Positions 8,941-17,049 of a DNA stretch of 64,000 bases are shown here, piece after piece. The stretch lies in IMG/VR virus record IMGVR_UViG_3300024999_000010, one strand, 5' to 3'. Positions within the stretch are counted from its first letter, which is position 1. Every line of letters begins with the position of its first letter. The DNA comes from an uncultured virus (IMG/VR IMGVR_UViG_3300024999_000010) (taxonomy: Duplodnaviria > Heunggongvirae > Uroviricota > Caudoviricetes). A program made the translations under genes and the position numbers. The notes under the pieces were generated by a model. The model searched no databases and had not been told where the DNA came from. It saw nothing but the letters and a program-made list of their open reading frames with translations.

Positions 8941-10470
8941 TTAATAACTCCCCAAAAATGCCCGGCCTATCTCCAATCTCTGAAGAACCGTAACATATTT
9001 TTTGCCCCTTTTCCCGGATCTCACCATCAACTGATTTATCCTAAATAACCCCAACTCTGCTTCATCATCAGTTTGATTTAAGCCGAAGAAGGCAGTTGCA
9101 TGTGAATATTTCCGTTTATCTTCCGAATAGTTATCAAGTGAAATCCATTCTTTCCCAAGAGCTTTCCCATCTGCCTGGGTAACAGCGGCAACAAATGCAT
9201 TTCTCCGGTGAGCCATTGCCCTGAGTTTTTTCCATTTAGAGTTTTCCCCATGCCGAAAATCCTTTCGCTGATCATCCTTTTCTATAGCCATAATATCGGG
9301 ATAGTCAACCAGGATCACATCTGCATCAAATCCGTCTTGTTGCCACTCATCTAATTTATTATCAATCATCCTGGTGGTTAATGTATCTGCCGGATATTCA
9401 GCAAACCGCCATTTTCCACCACGATATGTTTTTACAAATTTACGCTCAATTTCATATCCCTCTTTCCAAGTCAAGGGTTCACACTTTTCTTTTATCCGAA
9501 ACCAGGGAGCGCCAATATATTCATGAGTCCCGGCACATTTTGTACAGGGTATATGGTCAGAATAAGTTTTGAATGCCGGTAAATAATTCTTTGCCAATCC
9601 TTCGAGTTTAAATGGCTTCTTTTCCTCAATAAACGGATTACTACCGGGGGCGGATTGACATTCACCTGTTTGGTTTTTCCAACAATCGGCAACAGGAATT
9701 AATAATTCCTTGCAAAATTCAGCCTCATTGCTCCTTCTGGCAAGGTGGATATATTTTCTCAATTCCATTTCTTCCCGGTTCATATCCCCTGCAGCAAAGA
9801 AAGCAACTGACCTCCCATTTTTCATGGCTTGGAAGGCTATATCCATCAAAATCCAAGTCTTACCAACCTTCTCTTGTCCAAGAAACCCAACAAAGCCACC
9901 TTTTACAAAATGCCTATTTAATAAATTCCCTAATTTACCGGGATACTCGATTATTGGTTCAGAAACTTCCTCAAATATTTTTCTAGTTCTGTCAATATTA
10001 TCGGCAAAAAAATTAGGATCGGATTTTTCTTCTTTTTCAAAAGGGGAATATTTTTCAATTATAGATTTTGCCTGTGATAAATCTCCCTGTTCTGCAAGCT
10101 GCCTGATTTCGTCAGCAAGTTTTATTACTTTTTGTTCATCAAAATAATTTATTGTTTCATCAATTAATGCAGAAAGGGAATATTCATTGGTTTCATATTC
10201 CCCTGAAAGGCTGGTTAAAATATCATCAATATCTTCAATTTGTTCTTGGGTAAGGATATTTCGTCTTTTGTATGAACCAAAAATTAATTCAATATCTTTT
10301 TGTGGTGATTTATTATGGATATTGAAATGACGAATACACCATGAAGCAATAGTGTTTGCTGCTTGGGATTGAAAATATTGATCCTGGAATTTTTCAGAAA
10401 TGAATCTTAGAAATTCATCATTGGTAATCAGCCCAATAATGATTCTTCTTTCGATAAATTGCTCAGACAT
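8941..10470 (-). CDS. dnaB: DnaB-like replicative helicase
   Basis: Walker A GQEKVGKT, ILVDYPD, VTQA, SEDKRK. Confidence 0.85.
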   Translation of the reverse strand: MSEQFIERRIIIGLITNDEFLRFISEKFQDQYFQSQAANTIASWCIRHFNIHNKSPQKDIELIFGSYKRRNILTQEQIEDIDDILTSLSGEYETNEYSLSALIDETINYFDEQKVIKLADEIRQLAEQGDLSQAKSIIEKYSPFEKEEKSDPNFFADNIDRTRKIFEEVSEPIIEYPGKLGNLLNRHFVKGGFVGFLGQEKVGKTWILMDIAFQAMKNGRSVAFFAAGDMNREEMELRKYIHLARRSNEAEFCKELLIPVADCWKNQTGECQSAPGSNPFIEEKKPFKLEGLAKNYLPAFKTYSDHIPCTKCAGTHEYIGAPWFRIKEKCEPLTWKEGYEIERKFVKTYRGGKWRFAEYPADTLTTRMIDNKLDEWQQDGFDADVILVDYPDIMAIEKDDQRKDFRHGENSKWKKLRAMAHRRNAFVAAVTQADGKALGKEWISLDNYSEDKRKYSHATAFFGLNQTDDEAELGLFRINQLMVRSGKRGKKYVTVLQRLEIGRAFLGSY

Positions 10471-10697
10471 TACGGTTGTCCTGGCCTTGCATATCCTTGA
10501 TGCTTATTTTGGTAATGAGGATTATCGCCAATTTTATTTACCGTTGCTAAACAGCTAAGGCAGAATTTACGGGCAGGAAGTTGGCCAGTCCAAAATAATT
10601 TAACTTGATGTTTCTTCTTACATCTTGGGCAAATGCAATCAGTTAACACCGATTCCTTTAAAAGTATATCGCTGCAATCTCCTTTCTTTCTTGCCAT
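10470..10697 (-). CDS. small Zn-finger protein
   Basis: CPRC...CLSC; AAGGAGG RBS. Confidence 0.6.
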   Translation of the reverse strand: MARKKGDCSDILLKESVLTDCICPRCKKKHQVKLFWTGQLPARKFCLSCLATVNKIGDNPHYQNKHQGYARPGQP

Positions 10698-10713
10698 TTT
10701 CCCTCCTTAAATT

Positions 10714-10750
10714 CAAAAATAGGCCGGGAGTTTTTAATTTCCTCCCGGCC
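10714..10750 (-). terminator. putative intrinsic terminator
   Basis: GGCCGGGAG/CTCCCGGCC 9-bp stem followed by TATTTTT on the minus strand. Confidence 0.55.
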
Positions 10751-10812
10751 AAATTCATTCCGAATCAAACCTAATTTTGATTGAAGACGATTGCAATTTC
10801 CAGAATTGCTTT

Positions 10813-11100
10813 TTATTTTTTCATAGGCATTTTCTCCTTAATAAATTTTGGTTTTACCCAATCAGGGTATAAAATCACTTCTCCATCTGCTGCGTTTACT
10901 TCTCCAAGGCAACGCATATCGAGTGAATTAAGGACCGCAAGCAATCTTGCGTCACAAACAGTTAAATATTCTTCCAATTGGATTGCAAGTTCTTCCTGAT
11001 TTTTTGCTTTATTGATTTTATCAAGTTGGTTTTCAGTGAATAATGAACCTATTCCGAATCCAATCACAAATATTGAAATATAATTCCAGGTTATTTTCAT
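10813..11100 (-). CDS. hypothetical membrane-anchored protein
   Basis: N-terminal hydrophobic helix. Confidence 0.5.
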   Translation of the reverse strand: MKITWNYISIFVIGFGIGSLFTENQLDKINKAKNQEELAIQLEEYLTVCDARLLAVLNSLDMRCLGEVNAADGEVILYPDWVKPKFIKEKMPMKK

Positions 11101-11234
11101 TTTATCAACACTCGATTCTAGTTATCTAACTTGCCCGTAGAACGATTTTCTTTAAAATGAATAGGGAAGTATGGGCTAGGGTAAAAACTCTTAAATTAGA
11201 TTATAAATTTCTCTCCGAAGGTTAGCTTTTTCTT

Positions 11235-11260
11235 TATTATACTCAGAAAAAGAAGAAACC
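11235..11260 (-). promoter_or_regulatory. putative promoter GGTTT-N6-TTTCTGAGTATAATA
   Basis: 15-bp core and GGTTT spacing identical to 62738-62763. Confidence 0.6.
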
Positions 11261-11263
11261 AGC

Positions 11264-11902
11264 CTATTTTTTTCTAAAATCTCTATTTTTCATCTGAACA
11301 ATAGTACACCAGTCAGAAATTCTATTAGTTAATCGGATATCCTGGAGTTTTTCAGCCAACTCATTTAAGGAATAATTTGAGGTAAAGATAATTTGTCTTT
11401 CCCATTCATATCTTGCAACAAGAATCGAATACAGCATTACATAGGACCAATCAGTTGTTTTATCTATTCCAAAATCATCCACTATTAACAATTCAACTTC
11501 TTTATATTTCTTAATCAGAATTTCAGAAGCAGTAAAAACAAAATCTTTTTGTTCTCTATATGGGTTTTCTTCTATGGTTTCGTCATAATCTCGAATTATT
11601 ATATTTGGTCTTGAATAACTATTTTTAATTGATTCAACAATATCATTTTCTTTAATGAAAATTGCCGCTCTTGGGTCATTCCATGATTTAGGATGCAGTT
11701 TCCATTGTTCAATATGATAAATTAAAGCAAGAACAGAGGATATTGTTTTTCCTGCTCCTGATTCCCCGGTAAAATAAATACTTTCACCTAAATTAAATTT
11801 TTGATTCCCTTCTCTGTAAATTTTATATGCAATTTTGGCAATCTTTGAAGGAACTCCATATTCCAATAATTTTTCAAACATTGATTCTATTTCCATTTTC
11901 AT
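11264..11902 (-). CDS. DnaC/IstB-like AAA+ helicase loader
   Basis: GESGAGKT, LLIVDDFG, IFTSN, final DFR; follows the initiator gene. Confidence 0.88.
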   Translation of the reverse strand: MKMEIESMFEKLLEYGVPSKIAKIAYKIYREGNQKFNLGESIYFTGESGAGKTISSVLALIYHIEQWKLHPKSWNDPRAAIFIKENDIVESIKNSYSRPNIIIRDYDETIEENPYREQKDFVFTASEILIKKYKEVELLIVDDFGIDKTTDWSYVMLYSILVARYEWERQIIFTSNYSLNELAEKLQDIRLTNRISDWCTIVQMKNRDFRKK

Positions 11903-12782
11903 TGGTTAATCTTGTCCATACTCCATTATCGACAATTACATCGATCCTATCCCGAGGAGCATTATTTTTAGACATGAATCTGTTGGTTGGTTTAGATTGT
12001 TGGTTATTTTTACGGGGGTTTTTATGGCGTTCAATTGCTGCTTCAATCTTAATAAATTTTTGCCGAAAAGCTGAACCGCTTTCAACTTCAGGAACATAAT
12101 CAAGTCCATAAATCTTTGAATATTCATAAAGGACTTTTCTTTGTCTTTTCAATTCAATCCCATTTTGTTCTTCAAGGATGCGAAATTCATTAGACCATTG
12201 ATTTAATTGTTTGGTCGTATGAATGATATTCTTTTTTGAGGAAATAGTTTTTGATAACTTTTCAGCCAAGGGGAAAAACTTTTCATTTCTTTCTTTCAAG
12301 GATGGTTTTTTTGAAGAAATATTTTCCTGAGAGGGGGTTTTAACCCCCTCGGAATTATTAATAAATGAATTATTCTTATCTGGACTATTAATATCCTCTA
12401 TAGCTCCTATAGAGGGGGGGTCTATAGCTCCTATAGAGGGGGGGTCTATAGCTCCTATAGAGGGGGGGTCTATAGCTCCTATAGAGGGGGGCGTTCTTGC
12501 TTCATAAATATTTGATGAACATCCGCCATTTTGTTTATATCTTTTTTGCCTTTCAATCCATCCTTTTTCTTCAGCTATTTTTAAATATTTAATTATTGTC
12601 GATACTGTTAATCCTGTTTTTTTCATTAATGTATTGGTACTTGGGAAGGCACTTGGACAATGTTCATTCATAAATGTTGATAATACAATTAAAATATATT
12701 TGCAATTTGGTTCTAAATTTGAATCAAGAATTGCAGTTCTCCAAGTATAAAAATGTCCTATTTTTTTGTCAGTTCTTTCCAT
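11874..12782 (-). CDS. phage replication initiator (N-terminal wHTH, internal iterons)
   Basis: AFPS...L...TG...I...L...GWI wHTH pattern; (PPSIGAID)x4; upstream of the loader, lambda O/P-like layout. Confidence 0.8.
   Translation of the reverse strand: MERTDKKIGHFYTWRTAILDSNLEPNCKYILIVLSTFMNEHCPSAFPSTNTLMKKTGLTVSTIIKYLKIAEEKGWIERQKRYKQNGGCSSNIYEARTPPSIGAIDPPSIGAIDPPSIGAIDPPSIGAIEDINSPDKNNSFINNSEGVKTPSQENISSKKPSLKERNEKFFPLAEKLSKTISSKKNIIHTTKQLNQWSNEFRILEEQNGIELKRQRKVLYEYSKIYGLDYVPEVESGSAFRQKFIKIEAAIERHKNPRKNNQQSKPTNRFMSKNNAPRDRIDVIVDNGVWTRLTNENGNRINV
12397..12491. repeat. 4 x 24-bp tandem palindromic iterons (putative replication origin)
   Basis: TCTATAGCTCCTATAGAGGGGGGG units start at 12397, 12421, 12445 and 12469. 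Confidence 0.85.
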
Positions 12783-12800
12783 TATTATTTTCCTCCAATA

Positions 12801-13136
12801 CTACAGAATTTTGTAATAAAGTCTTGCCGGGATGCCAAGTCTTTTTGTAGAAATCAATTTTAAGGAAATGAGATTTTTACGGAGGGAACTTATTTTGTCA
12901 ATTCCAAGCATTAAATCTTGAGATTGTTTTTTGTCCGTAATATGAAAAGAACCATCATCTATTAATTCTCGTTGCTGTTTAAAATAAAATCTTTTTGATA
13001 AAAGATATGAGTAATAAACAGCAGGTAATAATCCGATTTGCCTTATAAGAATTTTGTTTGTAGAAATCCAAGGTTCTTCGGTTGAGGGAATTTCTTCTTC
13101 ATCTGGGAATTGAATAGGCTGTTTTGATCGGTCCAT
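12801..13136 (-). CDS. stand-alone wHTH protein resembling a replisome-organizer N-terminal domain
   Basis: NKILIRQIGL..A..YSYL...F.IT...L...KRLGIPARLYYKI pattern; AAGGAGG RBS. Confidence 0.6.
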   Translation of the reverse strand: MDRSKQPIQFPDEEEIPSTEEPWISTNKILIRQIGLLPAVYYSYLLSKRFYFKQQRELIDDGSFHITDKKQSQDLMLGIDKISSLRKNLISLKLISTKRLGIPARLYYKIL

Positions 13137-13189
13137 TTACATCCTCCTTTAGAGATTGCAAATGGCAATGGGAAAATAGATATGTCATT

Positions 13190-13310
13190 TGAAACCTCGC
13201 TATGCGGCTTGAATCCGCAGGTTTAATTGAAAGGGAAATGGAACGGTTACATAGCGAATAACCGTTCCATCAGCCTGGGCAGCTTCCCCCGATGATCAGT
13301 CAGGGTATCC
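13190..13310 (-). ncRNA. structured leader RNA with loop-target pairing (C4/CI-like architecture)
   Basis: 12-bp perfect stem 13238-13270; its loop is complementary to 13197-13204; TATAAT at 13324-13329. Confidence 0.5.
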
Positions 13311-13373
13311 TTATTTCTACTATATTATATAAAAAATCTAAGGGAAAATAAAGGGATATTTTTCTTAATTATT

Positions 13374-13568
13374 TTAAAGATTTAAGGAGATAGAGGAAAT
13401 CTGCTTATTAGTCTTAAAATATTTAATAGTCCAGACCTTATCTTTTGAAAGATATTCCCGGATGGCCTTGGGCGTTTCATGATTATCCCCTAATTTCCTA
13501 ACAAGATTATTGTGAAAATGAATCAGGTCGCAGGTTGGGATTTCTGATAAATCAATAAGTATTTTCAT
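13374..13568 (-). CDS. hypothetical protein
   Basis: ORF abutting the upstream gene. Confidence 0.5.
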   Translation of the reverse strand: MKILIDLSEIPTCDLIHFHNNLVRKLGDNHETPKAIREYLSKDKVWTIKYFKTNKQISSISLNL

Positions 13569-13937
13569 TTATTTCTCCTGAAATTTTTGAAGGATGTCGC
13601 AAATTTTATCCCTTATCTCTGCTGGTAATTTGGAAATACAATCGCTTGGAAGATCATTTTTCCAATCATATAAATATTCATTCAGATCATCCCAAACTTG
13701 CCCAAATATCCAACCGTTATCAAAAAAATGGTCAAGGATTATTTTACAATTTTTACATATTTTGTAATTTGAAATTGTTTTATTCCCAAAACAAGAAAAG
13801 AAATGATAATTCGAATTTATATTAATTGTTTCTCCACATTCATAACATTTGTGTTCTTTTCTTGCTCTTCTGATTCTTTCTCCGGTTTCTCCATCCCAAT
13901 CATCAGAATAAATAGGAACAGTACATGAACAATTCAT
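13569..13937 (-). CDS. Zn-ribbon phage protein
   Basis: RARKEHKCYECGETI...KICKNC. Confidence 0.7.
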   Translation of the reverse strand: MNCSCTVPIYSDDWDGETGERIRRARKEHKCYECGETININSNYHFFSCFGNKTISNYKICKNCKIILDHFFDNGWIFGQVWDDLNEYLYDWKNDLPSDCISKLPAEIRDKICDILQKFQEK

Positions 13938-13939
13938 AT

Positions 13940-14131
13940 TTATTTCTCCTTCACAAATGCGGTATAAAATCCTGTTGGAAGTTTAACATAAATTGATTCA
14001 CCCTTGTATTTTTTCAATTCATCTAAAAGATTTTCTTCAAAACAAAAATGAGTTAAATGATTTTGAGAAACAAAAGGACTGAATCCCATTGCCCGATATT
14101 TTTCTATTTCTTCATATTGTATTTTCTTCAT
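13940..14131 (-). CDS. hypothetical protein
   Basis: ATGA overlap with primase. Confidence 0.5.
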   Translation of the reverse strand: MKKIQYEEIEKYRAMGFSPFVSQNHLTHFCFEENLLDELKKYKGESIYVKLPTGFYTAFVKEK

Positions 14132-15048
14132 TTCATCTCCAATTTAAACATTAATTCATCTGCTTCATCCTGATCCATATCCCCTGGATCTGTTTTTAAA
14201 TCAGGCAATTTCCAACATTTTACCCCTCGAAAACAAAGTTCAGAATAGATTTTTTCTGCTTGTTTTCTGGCTTGGGATTCAGGATCAAACAATAAAAATA
14301 CTTCTTTCATTTTTGTTAATTTTCTGATTTGCTCCAATCGGTATTTGATCCCAAATAGAGCAATGGCCCCATCCCCTAAACGCCAGACATCTGTTGCCCC
14401 TTCAACAATTACGCATCTATCATTTACCGGATTCCCATAATAGATTGTTTTATGTTCGATTGTTTCTAATTCTTGTGGACAGGCTATATATTTCAATTTG
14501 TGTTTTCCGGTAACATCTCGCCCTTGAAAGGAAACAATTTCACCTTTCCACTCAATCGGAATAATTATCCTATGGCTATAATCGAGTGTTTTGCCCTCTA
14601 TTTCGAGTGGCGCAAGTGGGCCGGTGCTCTTTATCCCATATTTATTTTTAATCAGTTCTGGGTCAAATTTGCGCTTTCTGAGATAGGTTTCGTGGTGCGG
14701 CAGAAGATCGGTCATCCCTCCCGGAAATTTGAAATTGCTTTTTCGTTTTATCTCTTTCTTTTTTTGGATTGTCAGGACTGAATACTTTTTGATTATTTCA
14801 TCAGCTTCATAGGTTGAAATCCGTAAAAGTCTTGCAAGCGCCTTCCTTTGTGATTTTCCTCCACAGCGCCAGCAGACAAATTTATCAAAAAATCTAGATT
14901 GAATATCAAAACAATATCCTAGATGATAACCGGGATTGCCGGAACAGAACGGACATTCAATATGAATCCATCCATCTGAACAATGTTTATGCCCTGATGT
15001 GATTCCGTTCAGGTGGAAATCCCGATATAATTGTTTGATGTTAAGCAT
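14128..15048 (-). CDS. DNA primase (Zn finger + TOPRIM)
   Basis: CPFC...CWRCG, FQGR, IVEGATD, LFDPE, DPGD. Confidence 0.88.
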   Translation of the reverse strand: MLNIKQLYRDFHLNGITSGHKHCSDGWIHIECPFCSGNPGYHLGYCFDIQSRFFDKFVCWRCGGKSQRKALARLLRISTYEADEIIKKYSVLTIQKKKEIKRKSNFKFPGGMTDLLPHHETYLRKRKFDPELIKNKYGIKSTGPLAPLEIEGKTLDYSHRIIIPIEWKGEIVSFQGRDVTGKHKLKYIACPQELETIEHKTIYYGNPVNDRCVIVEGATDVWRLGDGAIALFGIKYRLEQIRKLTKMKEVFLLFDPESQARKQAEKIYSELCFRGVKCWKLPDLKTDPGDMDQDEADELMFKLEMK

Positions 15049-15051
15049 TTA

Positions 15052-15441
15052 TTAAAATCCACATGCTTTATCAAAACAATGTTCACACATACCAGAAATT
15101 TTATATTCTTTTTGTCCTGCTAATGAATAAAATGATTTGTCAGTAATTGGTTGTTTACAATCAATACAAATATTTTTTTTGATTGCTTCTTCTTTGGTAA
15201 TTTTGAAAATATTTTTAGTTATTGTATTTTTTAAATCTTGTAATGAATTTTGTTTATGTAATCCTCCCCATTGATCAAGGCGATAACCATTTTCATATTT
15301 TGGGCCAGAACGAATATCATACTTTTCGTCTTCGGACCATCCGCATTGACAACCGTAAAGTCCATATATAATCCCCACTCCTACATCCACACTTTCACAC
15401 GTTGCTCTTTCTCCACATGCAGGGCATTTTCTAAAACTCAT
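15052..15441 (-). CDS. Cys-rich hypothetical protein (two Zn-binding modules)
   Basis: CPACG..VDVGVG..GCQCGW and CIDC...EYKISGMCEHCFD. Confidence 0.65.
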   Translation of the reverse strand: MSFRKCPACGERATCESVDVGVGIIYGLYGCQCGWSEDEKYDIRSGPKYENGYRLDQWGGLHKQNSLQDLKNTITKNIFKITKEEAIKKNICIDCKQPITDKSFYSLAGQKEYKISGMCEHCFDKACGF

Positions 15442-15464
15442 TTTGTTTCTCCTTATTTGTATTA

Positions 15465-15638
15465 TTAAAAATCCAGAAGATCAAAAATATAGTCCGGTTC
15501 AAGGCCGAAATGGCCATACAAAACTTATTCGGGATCAACCCCGCTTAATATTTCATTTCTTGCTTCTTCGATTAAATTATCAGCTTCCTCGGAAGAAAGA
15601 TTGTCTCGTCGCATAATTGTTGTTTTAAGATTGTCCAT
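15465..15638 (-). pseudogene. small 'GLEPDY'-type phage protein with an in-frame TAA
   Basis: MDNLKTTIMRRD...GVDPE*VLYGHFGLEPDYIFDLLDF*; internal stop at 15525-15527. Confidence 0.6.
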
Positions 15639-16332
15639 ATTTATGCCACCTATTAGCCTTACACACAGCCTGTAGCGGTTCCTTCCAAATATCCCAGAAC
15701 CTCCGCGCTCGCGTTCCGTCCATCTGGGCAATGCGCTCGTTATCGAACGCCCACCAGTCCGCGATGCTATGAAACTCGCATCCTATTTTCATGTGGGCGT
15801 CGAAAATTATGATGTAGTATGTATCTGTTAATATTTGGATTGGAACTTTTTCGATGGTTATCTTTTCACCATTAGCGCCCCGGAGATAAGCGCCCTGGAG
15901 ATAAGCGCCCTGGAGATAAGCGCCCTGGAGATTAGCGCCCTGGAGATAAGCGCCCTGGAGATAAGCGCCCTGGAGATAAGCGCCCTGGAGATTAGCGCCC
16001 TGGAGATCAGCGCCCTGGAGATCAGCGCCCCGGAGATAAGTGTCCTGGAGATAAGCGTCCCGGAGATTAGCGCCCTGGAGATCAGCGCCCCGGAGATAAG
16101 TGTCCCGGAGATTAGCGCCCTGGAGATTAGCGCCCCGGAGATTAGCGTCCTGGAGATCAGCGCCCCGGAGATAAGCGCCCCGGAGATAAGTGTCCCGGAG
16201 ATAAGCTTTTGTTTTATATGCCCACCGCACAGCGAGGCCAATTTTTAGATATAAGCTGGTTTTTTCGGCAGCCTCAATCTCTGCTATAAACTGTACTTCC
16301 CCGGAAAACCTGTTTTTTATCTCGAATTTCAT
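15625..16332 (-). CDS. pentapeptide repeat protein
   Basis: About 22 A(Y/N/D)L(Q/R)(G/D) repeats; C-terminal MKIGCEFH domain. Confidence 0.92.
   Translation of the reverse strand: MKFEIKNRFSGEVQFIAEIEAAEKTSLYLKIGLAVRWAYKTKAYLRDTYLRGAYLRGADLQDANLRGANLQGANLRDTYLRGADLQGANLRDAYLQDTYLRGADLQGADLQGANLQGAYLQGAYLQGAYLQGANLQGAYLQGAYLQGAYLRGANGEKITIEKVPIQILTDTYYIIIFDAHMKIGCEFHSIADWWAFDNERIAQMDGTRARRFWDIWKEPLQAVCKANRWHKYGQS
15872..16206. repeat. 15-bp tandem repeat array encoding the pentapeptides
   Basis: GGAGATAAGCGCCCT-like units. Confidence 0.95.
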
Positions 16333-16369
16333 TTTATTCTCCTTTGTTTATTTTATTATACTGGATTGT

Positions 16370-16786
16370 TTAAAAATATCCGTTAAAATATCTAAAATTT
16401 ATACAACCATAATTCCATATTTCGGCTGGTATTCTCATTTCAGAACAAATTCCGCAGGCATAAGCGATATTGTAAATGCAATTGTTACAGCGTTTTTCTC
16501 CGGTTTCCCCCATTCCATACCATGGGATTTTTAAATCATTTGATAATTCTTTTAATTCTGGTTTATTTTGGGAATGCCAATGATTTAATTTTGTTTCAAA
16601 AGTGAATTCCCATTGTTTAAGAGCAATCACATTTTGGATTGAAAGATCACAGGTCCAGAAATCAAATTTTTCAATATATCCTCGACCTGAAAGGAGTTTG
16701 GCTCTTCTGGCATCAATAAAGGTCCGGGGAAAAGAAAACTTGATTTTATTTCCCATCAATTCAGCTTGTTTCAGACTGGCAGCCAT
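16370..16786 (-). CDS. hypothetical protein (possible remnant of a helicase N-terminal domain)
   Basis: MAASLKQAEL...IKFSFP...FWTC...LKIP, then an unrelated Cys-rich tail. Confidence 0.4.
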   Translation of the reverse strand: MAASLKQAELMGNKIKFSFPRTFIDARRAKLLSGRGYIEKFDFWTCDLSIQNVIALKQWEFTFETKLNHWHSQNKPELKELSNDLKIPWYGMGETGEKRCNNCIYNIAYACGICSEMRIPAEIWNYGCINFRYFNGYF

Positions 16787-17049
16787 TCGATCCATCCGAC
16801 AAAAAGATATGAGGAAACAATCAATAAAACAATTCCTATTTTCATTTTCTCCCTGATAAGGTTTTCTATGATCCTGGAAGCGTTTTTCTGCTGTTGTAGC
16901 CATTCCCGTACTTCCGGGGATAGACTAGCCAGCCAGGCCACTTTTTTTCGATTAGGGGGCAGTTTTGGCCTTCCTGCCCCTGGTCTTTTACCGCCCTTAC
17001 CGATTATGTCTTGCGAGGCTATACTCTTCATGGCTTCATCCTTCATCAT
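16771..17049 (-). CDS. small DNA-binding protein (GGKRPGAGRPK + RHH-like segment)
   Basis: GGxRxGAGRP motif followed by LSPEVREWL..NASRIIE. Confidence 0.6.
   Translation of the reverse strand: MMKDEAMKSIASQDIIGKGGKRPGAGRPKLPPNRKKVAWLASLSPEVREWLQQQKNASRIIENLIREKMKIGIVLLIVSSYLFVGWIEWLPV

Noticed and set aside
12397..12491. CRISPR-like array
   Set aside because: Repeats are contiguous with no unique spacers, lie in frame in a CDS, and no cas genes are present.
15835..16248. Alternative-frame ORFs (ALEIS)n and (ALISR)n
   Set aside because: Artefacts of the stop-free 15-bp repeat; only the pentapeptide frame has an RBS and sensible flanking domains.
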